Positions 34,801 to 48,634 of a stretch of 64,000 bases of DNA are shown here, piece after piece. The position numbers and the translations under genes are program-made. Numbering within the stretch: position 1 is the first letter of the stretch; every line of letters starts with the position of its first letter. The DNA is from Catajapyx aquilonaris. Taxonomy: Eukaryota. The notes beneath the pieces were generated by a model that had not been told where the DNA came from, ran no database searches, and saw only the letters and a list, made by a program, of their open reading frames with translations. The stretch spans positions 1 through 64,000 of the forward strand of contig JYFJ02001637.1 of the NCBI GenBank assembly GCA_000934665.2, written 5' to 3'.

Positions 34801-37800
34801 CTGATTTAAACTTCTTTTTTTTGTATTATTCGTTTTATTATACACGGTATTCGTTTATTCCCTGGCACTGCCAAAATGGCGCCTTACAGGGACATCAAAG
34901 CAGGCTTGGAAATAGCGAAGTGTTTTCCGGAGTTTTTACACCAGTTTTTTTAGGTGGTAGAGCTAAACAAATACTGGCCGTTAAATCTTAGCGGGGCAAA
35001 TTGCACGGTTCACCACTCGGGCTAATCCCCGTCATCGGTCCGGGGCAGGTTTATCATCTTTGGGTCCCATCAGACCATCTCGGTGGCGGTCGGAATTCGA
35101 GCCATTAACACGGATTGGCTCCGGGGATAAATCCGTGGGGGGAAAGGGTAGGGGGTGGGAGGGAGGGCTTGATTTAGCCCTGCGTGTCGGGATCTCTTGC
35201 TACTCAATAAATCCCAATTGCTGATGGCGGCCCGCAACGCCCTGCAGTCTTTACACCGTGCTCGTTTCGACCCCTTTAGGGGGAAACAACCGGGTGGGAC
35301 TAGACCACACCTCTGAACCAGACATGGTTCTAAGTTGCTGGGTTTTTCCGGAGAAGGTTGGCCCGGAGGCTGGGGGCATTGACATCCGGATGGAGGTTAA
35401 ATTCGGCTTCATATCATGGGGCAAATCAGCCATTTTTGGACACCACAGTACATAATGGGTCAGGTTCAACAAAAGGCATAATCACGGTGCACTTTGATTC
35501 CCGGCAACACTCCCTTCGCAATCCTCCAATATGGCATCCTGAATTTACATGACTCCTGGGCATTATTCGTCCAAATTCCAGCACAACTAACCGCATCAAG
35601 AACCGCAAACAATGTAATTAAGAGATAGGCGAAATAGCGGTGCCGTCCTTAATTGCATAATCCGGTATTTGTGACTGCGGTATTAAAAGCCGCTAAGCTA
35701 TCTGTCAGGAGCCAGGGAATGAAGAGCAGCCAGAGGCAGCAGGGATACTAAAAGCTTAATGCATGCTATGTGTGTTGTATATACAGAGGTATTTTGTACA
35801 AATCTGGGCCGTTTTGGGGCCGTGTGATCATCACTTGTGGAAGTTTCATTTCAATTTTAATCATAATTTTAATAATAATTCAAGCACTGATCTGCAATGG
35901 ATTGTATAAAGGCCTTCAGAGAAGCTTTAAAATCTACTAATATTTACTCCCGATAAGTGTTATAGGAGGAGGAAATTGGGTTGTTATCATAAGCCCAATA
36001 GCTTGATAGTGAAACATTAACCTGAAATTCAACAGTTCTTTTCACCGGAACTGTTTTTTGCGCCCGTTCCAATCAACCATAATTTAGAGCAATTTGAGAA
36101 GCTGTTACAAGCAGTGAACGTAATGCTCCTAATATCATAAACTATCATTTCCAAAGCTACGAAACGCGAGACTGTGTCGGCCATCATGTATTATATTATT
36201 GATATTCAGTTTTAATAATCTAAATGATATTATTATAATAGTTAACTATACATGGCTGCCTACACCTGTGACAGAGTAGCATCATAACTTGGATGATTAT
36301 GATAATGACATACAAGCATTTTGGACCAAGCTCAGTGCGATACCATGTTCAATCACAAACCGGAACTGAATTAGTTTAAATATCGCTCAAATTATACCGC
36401 CCGACCATCAATCGAAAATATGTCAAAACACCCCGCCCCATGTTTAGCAGCCCCCCATTAAATAAAACACCTCCACTATTCAATTTGTTTAAAAAGTGAC
36501 ACTATATTAATGGTTTAGTTGTCACAAACATTCATCACAGTGCCGAGCATTGCATCGACCTGCACCAGACAGCATCAGTCGCTATGTGATATTTTAATTA
36601 GCATGGGTATAGCCACATGCTATGCTACCCTCGTGTGTGCGCTATGGTTGGGTAGGGAAAGCGAGCAGTAGCTAGCACTTTGGCCTGAGGCCTAATGCAC
36701 CAAAAGGCTATAGAGCCGCAAGCTCTTCCAGCTTAATGTGCACCGTCCAAATTGCAATATCATCTGGGAAGAGGACCACATTGCGCCCGGAGAATTGGAT
36801 CCAAACTGTTTCAGCCCCTAACCAAAGCGCCTGTCATCGAGGCCTAGACATGCGTGTGTTTTGCGTGCCAATTCTCGAACGGGAACTGTTGCAATTTTCT
36901 GCTTATTGGGTGGCAGGGAATACGTATAATATTCGGATGCGTCCGGAGAAATGTACAGATGCCAGGTGGGAAATTTTTTTAAACGTGGGTTCGGTTTTAT
37001 TTGCGTCTGGCAATTCTACTTCAAAATACTGTACGAGAAATCATTGGCGGGCTATACCACAGACAGCAGTTCAAATTTTGGACATTAAAAAACTATCCCT
37101 ATAGGGATAGTTTTTAAATGTTAAATCTCAATATAGTACGTATACATACTATATTGAGATTTATACACTGGCTCTAAAAAAAACGATGTTCAACGACCAA
37201 ATTGCAGTTCACAACTTGGCTCCCACCGAATGAATATACCCCCTAATCTGGGCCTATAACCGAGCCCTGCGACGACTAAGCCAACTTTCACGTGTAGTAG
37301 CATTTAAAGTGACAATTTCCCAAAAGTTTTTGGCCGCTGTTCTCCAAAGAGAAGAGCAAGTTCTCCTAGCAGCTCAAAATTTATAGGTTAAGGAGTTCTC
37401 CTATATAGCCAAGTTGAAACTTGAGTCGTTTACAGAGTGAGGGAAGGAAAGAAAATATCTATCGATCTATTTACTAACTAGTTCAAATTCGGTGTATTCT
37501 TATCGCCCCCTTTTAAATATAACGAGGAGGGTTACGATCTTAGTTATTTACGACTTGAGGAAATTAAAAAGGGGGGGGTGGAACCACCCAGTTTTGGGAC
37601 AAGGAGATCAGGCAATTTGCATACTATTTTGAGGGGAGAAAGGATCGAAAGCTTTCGACGGGGACTCCTGGCTCGACGTGGCAATATTGGGAGCGTAACC
37701 TGAGTTATAATTTAACGCCCACGTGAGCTGCACACGTTTTCAGAGGGTCGTCAATTTTGGAAAAGGGGGGAGATTGTTCCGGGGCCTAAAATTGTGAGCA

Positions 37801-38229
37801 AATATGTTATCACTGCGAGAGAAGGGTAGTTATGTTTGGGTAAATAATGGGGGTGTTTTTCTCCTTGGGAGGACAACGACCTGGTGAGGTCAAATATATA
37901 TGTGGGTAAAGGGGAAAAGTCGAAGGACTTATTTTAGCATGTTGTTATTGTGGAGAATATTGCCCTGAAGGAGGGTTGGAAAAGGTTTTTAGAAATGTTA
38001 AGAATAACATGGAGGAGCTTGCATGTGTAAACGGACATTTACAATTTGGGTCATGCCTTAATATAATAATTAATTATTGGGAAAATATTTGAGGAGCATG
38101 GAAAGTTAGCAAAAGTTAAAACATGTACAGGAAAGTTATCACCCTACTTTTGCAAATTAATTTAATTAACAAATGCAGGCTCAGGCAGTACTCACGCTAA
38201 TTGGCAACATTAAATGAATACATGAGAGC

Positions 38230-38280
<51 letters not shown>

Positions 38281-38384
38281 TGATGATGATGATGATAATA
38301 ATGATAATGATAATGATAACGATAACGATAATAATAATAATAACAATAATAATACAATTCACCACGACCTTGAACCCATTAAGG

Positions 38385-38442
<58 letters not shown>
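38230..38442. repeat. Compound microsatellite (TAA)n/(TGA)n and (TAG)n
   Basis: (TAA)n at 38231-38280 grades into TGA/TAA variants to ~38352; (TAG)n at ~38390-38440. Confidence 0.95.
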
Positions 38443-39156
38443 ACACCGAAATTTGGAACCCTAAATTCGCTGCCTCTGCGATATGTTGAATAATTATAAC
38501 ATTTCCCTACAAAAGTGGTACTCATCTGTAGGCTAATTAACATGAAATTCGTCGGATTCAACCAACAGTAAGTAGTGCTCGTGATGGTTATTGTAATGAG
38601 ATCGGCCATCAACAATATACATTTTTTAACTGTACGCTCGTTATCGTTGTAATTATATTAATTCTACTCTCGGCCTGTGATATAATGTCTGGGGAGCCAT
38701 AGCGAATAGAGTAACTTTAATTTGACTCGCTTCCTTCTCTTGTAGCTTCTTCTTCCTCCTCTTCCTCCTCCCCTCCCCCAACCCGCCAATTCCCACCTCT
38801 CTCCTCCCTACTCCCTCACTCCTTTGCAAGTTAAGTGGAAGTTAAAATTCAAGCGAATTACCCTCAAGACAAAGTGCATGCCTTGTGTTTCGCGACTGGA
38901 GTGGTAATGGAGGTTATTAGAGGGAAATCCGGATCGGTCTTGGAAGGGAGATGCCACCAAACCCGGAAAGACATGGCTTTAATTTGTCTGACACCCTTGC
39001 CAGGCCCAGGAGGTGAAAGATGGCCAGGGGGCGGAGCTCCAACCCTTTTTGTCCAAGGAAGGAAAACTAATTTACTCCTACTAACCTCATCAACGATTTG
39101 CAATTCAGTGGTTTCAACTATTCTCCTTTTGGAGGGGGCCGGACTGAAAACTTTAA

Positions 39157-39387
39157 ATGCTTAGAAAATATTCACTAAGGTGCATGAATTTTCGGAGAGG
39201 TAAATTATTTTATGCAGGTAGATGCGTCAAAATTATGCACCTGAGTGAATATATTTATGCACTTTTATGCATTCGAATGAACCTTCTGCTGGTACTGTAA
39301 GTGAATAAATATACTGCATATTTATTCACTTATCTGCATAAAATTTTATTTGCTTATCCAAAAGTGCACCTTGGTGGATATTTTTAC
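39157..39387. mobile_element. MITE family A, copy 1
   Basis: Inverted ends ATGCTTAGAAAATATTCACTAAGGTGCA / TGCACCTTGGTGGATATTTTTA, with internal repeats of ATTCAC/GTGAAT. Homologous to 44976-45111 and 47187-47448. Confidence 0.65.
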
Positions 39388-41598
39388 AAATTGGCAAGGG
39401 CGAATTATTTATTAATTTTTTTTAAAATACGACGGTACAAGCCTTAGATGTTTAAAACATGGCGGAATAAATGGTCGTGATATTCGTCGCGTTGTAAATG
39501 CCTGGAGTGACGCAGAACTGTCAACACATCCTAATTGCATGTAAGGTCATGCGTTTCAAGCAAATGACGTGTGTCTTACCTGACTCTCCTTCAGGGATTC
39601 GGGAACATTAATCATTTGGAGCAGGGTAGTCTCTTTTAGCGTGATTCTCAGAACACCTCATTAAGTCCTTTGAAGCCAAAAGCACTGCTTCCTTTTTCCG
39701 CCTAATTAGCAAAGTCAACTGATACTTTGCTGATGTTTTGGCCTTAAGGAAGAAGCAGTCTCGGAACCTGAAATAATTGCGGCTTCCTGGTTCGGACATA
39801 CTTTTTTTTTTTAAATCCTCGTAAGTTGATCAAACTCAGTCCGGTGTAAGAAGAGCGTGCTTCAAATGTTGTCAACACATAATACCGACTCATGTATAAG
39901 GTCCCCCCCTGATTTATGGTGCTCATTAGATCGGGATTGCTTTTCAACATCCTCGTAAATCACGTTCCTAATTCTCATCCGAACTAACAGCACAACTAGG
40001 AACAACGTAATTTGCGAAACTTCCTTGCTAACGTGGAGTGAAAAGCAAGCCGGGGATAACTTCTCATTTTTCATGCAGACTGGAAATTAGTTTAAAACTT
40101 TTCCTGCCATTATTTTTTTCTCTCTCTCTAGCTCTAGTTGTTTTCTGAGCCTCGTTATTGTTGCATGTTTTCAATTCGAGCATTTTACTCGTGTACTCTA
40201 GCAGTCTATAGCAAATTAGAGAGAGGTCTTCTGGTTGGATGCTTTCTTTCAGACCGCTCATCTGAATCACTCGTTGTAAGTTGATGCCTCTTCTGACTTT
40301 TTAGTCATAAATACACAGGCAATTGTCCAACAAGAGGGCTTCTAACGGGCTTGTATAGTACAGTAGGCCTAATTGGTAGATATCTTTTTTTCCCCCCTAT
40401 GTTGGCTACAGTATACCTGAACCACTTCAGTGGTTAGAACTGCTGTATAATCAGTATGGTGCACTTTTATGCAATTAGTGCTCGCAACGTACATGTTAAT
40501 GATGTTTTGAAATGTGAGGCTTTTTTCATTTAAAAAATATCGCAGAAATAGACAAACCTAAAATACTGAAAATGATATACCTCTTGTAAGTACTGTTCCA
40601 GTTGAGGGGGCCATTTCAGTAAGCATTTATTAGCAGTTACTTTCAATAAATTTGTAGTTTTATTGGGAGCAGAAAATGTTTAAAGGTTTTAACTATGAAA
40701 ACTTAAAATCTGCTACTGCTGCTATTTAAAAAAGCTGTCAATGCTTTTATCAGGCTGTTGGGCATTATCATGTCTTGTTTTAATTATAGGGCTCAAAGGT
40801 GCGAATGTAATAATAGTAATGTGCTAGCGCTCCAAGGCATTTCAAGTAAATTAAGAACACGAGATTAGGAGATAAAGAAGCCCCTATTTATCTCGAAAGG
40901 GTAAAAAGGTTAGCCCTAGAGCAATATTATCGCAATTTTTTTGAACATTATCAACCCTCGAGAGCCGTGTAGGTGATAAAGTCCTCCAGTAGTTCCCTAA
41001 AATCCTTTTTCCCCTTTTTTTCATCCCCCAGGTCCTTCCACCATCCAATTGGGAGCAGCAACGAGCAAGTCCCCTCCTTTTTCTCTGAACTCGTTATGCA
41101 GACAGGATGACGGCCTGTAAATCTGGTGGAATCTGCTTAGCAGGGACTCGATACAAAGCCCATAGCTCATCCCTCCCCGGCGTTTCACTATCTTTACCAC
41201 CGCATCAGTTTTTGTCTTTGCCCCATTAATCCCACTGGCATATTTCCTCACTAATGTTTCCAGGACCATTTGCCTGAGCTATAATGGGAATGGGGCTTGG
41301 CTTGGGCTGGTTGGGCGGTATTGGGCCTCCAAATTTATGCCAAGCCGGCCCCCTGCTTCTATCACCTTCACACGAACCCCCCGAAGCTTGGAGGAGATGA
41401 GGGAGAGAGAGAGAGAGAATAGGAAATTAAACCTACTGCTTTTCATAACCATGGAGGAAGCCATTATTTTCTTATACTGTAGTTGAGAGGTGGTGCCAAA
41501 TTTGGGTTAATTGCGGCTGGTTTTAGCGGGTTGTGAGTAATGTGATTTTTTTTGGTAGGTTTGGCATAATTTTATGTCGATTTATTTCATTTTATGTA

Positions 41599-41832
41599 CA
41601 GTGTTGGACATTAATCGCGTCATACTGCTTGCGACATCTGTGCGGCAGAAGTGCGAATCGAAGCTGTGAGCCGTGCGAGTAAGAAGAGGTAGGCCTTGAG
41701 TGACGTCACAGCCTGGGGGACAATGGAGCCCAGCCAGTGACGTCACTCAAGGACTACCTCTTCTTACTCGCACGGCTCACACTCTATCACGTCGATTTGT
41801 ATGATACGTATGCCTTATCGGAAAATGTCGCT
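41599..41832. mobile_element. MITE family B (Tc1/mariner-type fold-back), copy 1, right end decayed
   Basis: Begins TA|CAGTGTTGGACATTAATCGCGTC. Has internal 45-bp inverted arms at 41665-41709 and 41737-41781 (1 mismatch). Homologous to 45938-46158. Confidence 0.75.
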
Positions 41833-44800
41833 TATGCTGTGCGCCTGCGTGTTATGCTTCGGGATTTACAAGGGTGCGGCTGCATACCTCACAGGATCAC
41901 AATGGCAAACAAACTGTGAAATATACCCCATCTTCCATTATTGAAACGGATCGTTTGCTCAAACAAACGGGGTAGTAAATAACAGTTTTCGTTCCAATGA
42001 TACCATGCATATGCGGCTTCTTCTTCATCATCCACCGGATGGGTCCAGAGGTGCCATTACACCCACATTTTCCCTTAACAGCCTTCCTTTCCTTTCACAT
42101 TCCTACGACTTTGCTGCTGGGGTTTTTTTTTTCTCTCTGAAGCCATTTTGCACTCTGGGTTTTCGTTGCAACTTGGCGCACTTCAATACATCCGGCGGCG
42201 GAGGACGTGATTGAATGCGTGTTTACCGAGTTTTGAGGAATGGTTTTGGCTCCTTTTCCGCCCTGAGCGACGTGGAATCCTCTTTGTAACCTCGCCCATC
42301 CAGAAGCAGGAATTCAAATCTCTGCTGTACAGATATTTCCTCTCATTTTTTTTTCGGAAAATATTTTTTTTTTTGGGTAGTGCAAAGTCTCTGAGGAATA
42401 CCTTTCTTGCTTTCTGTTGGTAATTTTTGAGCCTGTTTGCAAAAGATGTGGCTCTTCTATCTCATCCCCTCAAGTTCTAACCCTCTTTCAGTTTGACGCA
42501 CGTCTTGTATCTGGAGACAAAAGTACTCATTTCAATTCCTATCTCCTTTAGACAATCCAATCCTTCGTTCATTTAAGGAGTTAATATCCCATTTTCATTA
42601 AAATGTGAGAGTTATTTCCCCATCCCCGCCTTCCTCCACTCCCCGGTTGCTATCCTACAGAATTCGCATTTAATTAGAATCCGGGGAGTGGAAAAAAAAG
42701 GAAATTTAAGCTAATAGGATCCGACTGAAAAGATTCTTCCTTCGTGTCTCGCATTCAACTCGACTTTTATTGGGACTTTGCATTCGAACGTGAACAGGAA
42801 ATTGCCTGCATTTTTCTATACCTTTTTTGGGGGGGAATTTTTATAGCTATAGAGAAGGAGCGAGAAGTTGTGTATGTTGTTCGAAGACAGACGCAGGATC
42901 AGAAATGAATTCATTTTGGACACGAAATTATCATAATTCTACGCTGTACCTACACGACTGTAAATGTTTCATTTATGAACAGTACACAGATTGCTCAACC
43001 AGTTTTACTCATGATTCTGCAAAATTTTGCTGATATACTGACTTAAAAATAGTTGACAGAAATGTTCCTCAAAAGATGGGGAGTATACACTCGTCCAGTG
43101 CACATCTAAGCAAAGCTCCTGCATATACAGTATTTTCATGGTTCAATGCGCCTCGAAAAAAAAAAATATCCTCGTCTCCTTGGAAAAGCAATTCACCTGT
43201 GCGACATATAGTCCTGTGATTTCATAGCTGTCACCCGTACCCTGCAAGCCCTTCGACCCTGCAATGTTCCGCAAGCAAAGAAGATTTCTCGTGGACTAAT
43301 CCCCTCCCAATCCTCTTACATGTACACAAGGTTTCCTCTGTTGCAGCGATTTCTCAAATCTCTTCCGATCCCATTTTATGCAAGATTGAGTCCCTCCGAG
43401 TGCTAAAGCTTTCCTTTGCGTGCGCTTCCCAGGGAAAAGCCACATGAATGGAGCCAACTGATGTTTTTTTTTTTCTATCTTCTGTCACCGGGGAGGCTTG
43501 TCGAAAAACCAGGACTAACTATTGGTTTCTGTCAAAATTGTGGATGACGGCCCAATTACTTGGACGCGTTAAGGGGACGGTAAATACATTAATTAATAAC
43601 GAATTGATTCATCGATTAATAATGGCGCGGTTCTATCACTCAAATATCTAGCAATTCGCCGGTTAATTGATAATTAAACTCATAATTCTGAAATCACCTG
43701 ACATTTTGTTTAGACTCGTTAATCATACGACAATAGTGGTTTTAGGACTCTGGGGCGTTGGGCTGGTGCACCATTTCATTACTGCCTGTTTTTGATGCAG
43801 TATATTCAGGCGTACTGTTAAATATTGGACAGTCCAAAAATTGGCGATGTCAACAGGGTGGTTCACTGCCCAAGCCTACCTATGAATAGGTTGTAGTTAT
43901 GGAATATTTGTTATATGCACAGATATCTGTTAACAACGATCAGTAAATATTAAGGAAAGCAGACTCCTCCCCTTTTGGAATAAACTACTATTATTATTAT
44001 TGAAAAATATTAAGGAAGAATCAAGCTAACTAGACACATTGTTGCAATGTACAAATTGGTCAAGAACTACATACTGCCAGTAGGCAATAGTTTATCTGCA
44101 CGAGTAAATGATGTAAATGGCGTGTCATCAATGTGATGAAGTGCTGATGTGCACATAATGATGCCGTAGATTGGCCATTTGAATTTCACGTATGATATAT
44201 TGTGAATTGTACCGCAAGTAAATCAGCCTCTGCCATTTACAACCACATTAAACCATAGGGCCCTTTTAATTAATATATTATAGCTCTTGTTTGAAATTAT
44301 TGTTGCCGTTTAGTGGACTCTGTTGGGTATTTACTAATATATATTTAAAATTGCTATTTGAATGGCCTCAGCTGGCAAATGGTAGTCGAACAATATTGGA
44401 GCCGTTTCGTAAGCGAGGGAAGGGTGAGTGTGAGGGGGGGCAGGTGCAGGGTGCCCCCATTACTGCTCCTTTTGTGCAGCTCCTCCAGGTCTTAGGCCTC
44501 AGAGTACTTAAGCCCTCGTTCCGTTCCATTCATGAGTAAGTAGTGTAAATTCATCCCTGGGAAAATCGCACGTCCGGGCCGGAAACTCCTGCTGCAATTT
44601 GAAGTGAATCAGAATGCAGTAGAACATGTCGGGTGGTCATCTTTCTGCATTAGCACCAGCACTCAAGGGGAAAAGGAGTTAAGCAAATGGCTGGGGGTAT
44701 AGGGTAGGGAATGAAGGGGAAGAGGAAAATCCCCTACTTGCGATTCAGCACATGCTGAGTGCAGGCGGGGGCCACCCTCAGCGTATGCCTTCCAGAAAAG

Positions 44801-44975
44801 GGGAACATATTACAGACCCTTCGGCCCATTAAAACCTATGGTGCAGGTATAGTCTTGAAAATAAAGATGGCATGATGCTGCAGGAAGTAGGCGATCACCT
44901 GGGGGAAAAACTGCTGGAATTTGGTATGTTATGATTTTTAATAAAAGAGCAGGAAACTATACAGTACAGTAGAAA

Positions 44976-45111
44976 ATGCAGAAAAAATTTAAGTGCATGC
45001 ATTTTTTGACCAACAAACCTGTGTATGCAGGTCTGTGAATAATACATTATATTCACTTACCTGAATAAGCCAGTCAAAAAATTATGCACCTAAGTAAATA
45101 TTTTTATGCAT
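44976..45111. mobile_element. MITE family A, copy 2 (internally deleted)
   Basis: AAGTGCATGCATTTTTTGAC ... GTCAAAAAATTATGCACCTAAGTAAATATTTTTATGCAT, and shares TATTCACTTACCTG with the other copies. Confidence 0.5.
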
Positions 45112-45937
45112 GTAAAGTTTGCAGTGTTCCATGCCATGATTATTCATTGCAATAAAAATATTTGGGAGACATAATTATTCACTGCGACCCACTCCACCTC
45201 AATTTCAATTACACGGGCAATGTTTGCCATTATTGTTGCCTCTCGTACCAGCCTGGTTAGCACTCGGGGCGAGTGATATTGCTGATTAAATTTTACTTTA
45301 ACTGTACAGGCCTGCAGCCTCCCCCCCCCCCCCNTGCCCCGCAAAATTCGATACTCCTTCATTTTTTGGGTGGGTTTGTGACGTCACGCCGCGGGGGTTA
45401 GTAAACCTAAAAACTACAAGACCTTTCCATTTGCAAGCATAGTGCATAATCAGATCTGGATTCCTGTTCCCTAATTGGATATCATCGCACGCCCTCAGAT
45501 CCATTTCCTCCCATTATTTTTTTTTTCCAGGGGAAAGTCGTACCGAGTGAAAGCCCATCTGAAAAAGATGGCGCTCCCTCCTCTTCTTCCTTGTCTTCAT
45601 TTTACTCATTCTCCGGAGCTCCCTTGCAGGGGCTATAACCAGTCAGCTCGCGTAGCCCGTGAGGAAATTAAAGCGCTACACCAACAATGCTATAAATCCT
45701 CCTTAATGCAAAAATGATACGGGGGAGTCTCCCGCACCCCGATGGGGGATTTAAAAGGAGAATTATCGCCGCTTGAGGTGACCTGCTTTCCATCTTACTA
45801 TCTCTACTCGGGGAAAAGGTCTTGGAGAGTCACAAATAAAGGGGTTATGTGAAGGGGTTTCACGTTTCAAGGATGGTGAGATTCTCGAGGAGGTTCTGTC
45901 GTCGCGTACGGCCCACAAAGTACCCTGTGCAGTGGTA

Positions 45938-46158
45938 CAATGTTGGAAATTAATCGCGTCGTACTGCTAGCGACATTTTTCGATGCGGCAGACGTGCAAA
46001 CGAAGTGATAGAATGAGAACCGTGCGAATCAGAAGAGGTAGGCCTTGGGTGATGTCCCCAGCCGGTGACGCACGGCTCGCACTCTATCACTTCGATTTGC
46101 ACGTCTGCCGCATCGTAAAATGTCGCTAGCAGTATGATGCGATTAATGTCCAACACTG
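45938..46158. mobile_element. MITE family B, copy 2 (221 bp, TA flanks)
   Basis: TA|CAATGTTGGAAATTAATCGCGTCGTACTGCTAGCGACATTTT ... AAAATGTCGCTAGCAGTATGATGCGATTAATGTCCAACACTG|TA. Palindromic over nearly its whole length. Confidence 0.8.
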
Positions 46159-47186
46159 TACTGGAGGATTGCGGATGAGAAGTAAACAATGGAAACATTT
46201 GTACGATTGCTTACTTCAGCGTGATAGCCAATATATAATGGGACAACTCCATGTAATAATAATAATTGGCAGTTACGGATTTATATGGTGATAGTGATAT
46301 TAATGCGGTATTATGCCTTGTAATTTTCCTGCGCGTGTATCGATTGCTACATTAACTGCTCTTGTTCTGCGACGGATAGTGTTATGTTGATGAGCCGTGT
46401 GTGGACGGCAATGGGGGGCATTGTGCTGTAATCTCCTGTAAATAGTCCCTGCATGTAAACAGTCGTGTTTACATAACTAATAATATTCCTAAAGTGAAAT
46501 GTACACTTCTAAACCGTTCATGATTTTTGTCGCAGGAAAACCACTAGGGAGAGTATACATTACTTGTTCATATAATTATGAGTTGCTGAATTATGCCTGG
46601 ACAATGTAATACATTTTGTAAGGTTAAAACTGTTTCGTCCTATGAAACTAACATTAGCAGCAAAGAGCAACTCCTGATAGCAATTGTTCAAAAGCAACTG
46701 ACTAATACGATGCATATTAATGAGAAAAACTATGTCTGAAACGGACACTTCAATTTATTCACACTAATCTCTTGAAAAGCGAACTTCATCGTTCAGAGCG
46801 CCAGTTGCTGGTCTTGACTTACCTAAAGACGAAGTATTTTTAAAAAAATACTCTGCAGTATTTTTATACGGCTACTGAACTCTGCGGATACCGGGATACG
46901 GAATCAGGCACGTCACCTGCGTCTGACATTTCTTGACGCGTTTCGTCATCCCTTCTGATGCGAAAAGTGCCAGAAACACCCGCACCACCATAACCTACAC
47001 CACCTTCTGCACTAGGCATTTGAATACATTTTGCTCTCTAACTTATAACTTCGACAGCTCCAATGGCCTCCTATTACTTCAGCCAGTCTGCGCAAAAAAA
47101 ACAAAAACAAAAAAACTGTTGCCTTATGTTCTAATGCGAAGGCCCGTTTACACGAGGCTACTGCTAACAAAACACACTGAAAACTT

Positions 47187-47448
47187 ATGCTTAAAAATAT
47201 CCACCAAAGTGCATGAATTTTTGGAGAGATAAAGATGCACCATGCATGAATAAAATTATAATAATTTTTTGAATAAGATCATGAAATAAATAAAGTGGAT
47301 TAAAATATTCACCTGAGAGCATATTTATGAATTTTCAGGCAATATAAAATATATTCACCTGATTTGCTAATTTATTCACTTACCTGCATAAAACAGTTTT
47401 ATTTACCTGTCCAAAAACCCATGCACTTTACTGAATATTTTTATACAT
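47187..47448. mobile_element. MITE family A, copy 3
   Basis: ATGCTTAAAAATATCCACCAAAGTGCATGAATTTTTGGA ... TCCAAAAACCCATGCACTTTACTGAATATTTTTATACAT. Confidence 0.65.
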
Positions 47449-48634
47449 TCAATACTTTCAGTGATAGCCAAAATCCAAGGTTGGTTTTCTAGCAGTTGCC
47501 TCGTGTGGAGGTCTTCCTTAGCCATTTACCTTCTTATGCAAGTCTGTACATTTGTGAATTTGGAAGGACTTTCATATTGGACGACCGAATGTGGCAGGGT
47601 TAGGGGCACGCTGTACCCACATATATCCTATGACCCAAGGGGTTAACCACTCGACTGTACTCGTAAAGTGTACACTGGAGTACCAAGGAGTAGCAAAGAG
47701 TAAGGTACCTAAGGAGTACCTGGGAGTACCACTGCAGGTGTACACCAGAGTACCGACTTGCCATGACCTAACTTTCCTTCCCGGCGGATACACGCCTACC
47801 CTTCAGCGGATACACCCCTATCCTTCAGCAGATACAAGCCTAGAAAAGTATGTAAAAGTGCTGGGTCTCCCGATATGAAAGCATAGCCGTGATTTTTACT
47901 CACTTATTAGCTCTTGCTTATAGTTTGTCTGGCATATCATACATGGAGAAGGTGAATGACCAAGAGTTCTGGTTTGACCCCTAAAATAAGTCCATTTCCC
48001 TTGATAAATCCGAGCCTTTAGACCTCCCTCGTCCTGTCTCTTTCCCCCCACAGCAACACCACCACCAGATAAAGTCTCTTGCAAGCAGAGAAAGTTTCTT
48101 CTTCCAACTCGGCAAAACTCGGGCACTTTTAGTCCCCACTCCCAAGTCTCAGACGAGACCAGCAAAAGCAGGCTCGCACTTCCCGACCATGTCTTGCGAG
48201 AATTTACCAGCCCTCCAGTGTAGTTCATGCATGAAATATGAATCCCTTAAAAAGTTCTCCTCCAGTGCTTCTGGGACCGGGGGTCTATTCAAGGAGTCGC
48301 CATTAATTTTTCAGGCCTCTGAGTAAATGAGTACAGTGAGAAGGGGGGGGGGGGGTAGGGTAAACTCAAGTAACTGGGCCGAAAGTGAACGTTTGTAATT
48401 GCGCGAAGATAACGGGATTTATATGTCGGAAGGGGCTGGACCTATTAGTCAGCTGAGGCGATGCGGACCGGTATCTGCAGGCAACTTTTGGGCCGTTTAG
48501 ATGCAAATCGTGGCTGGATGCAGTTTGTGTCAGCCTGGGCCTCTATAGACAAAGAGGGGGGTAAAAATGGGCAACTCATAATTTGGAGGGTGTAACTAGG
48601 CGGGGTGTCAGGTGGTGTTGAGGAAGTAAATGCA

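Noticed and set aside
38210..38615. Poly-Leu/Ile/Ser/Thr ORFs
   Set aside because: They are translations of trinucleotide microsatellites.
45320..45340. Ambiguous base 'n' in a poly-C run
   Set aside because: Sequencing or assembly uncertainty in a homopolymer, not a biological feature.
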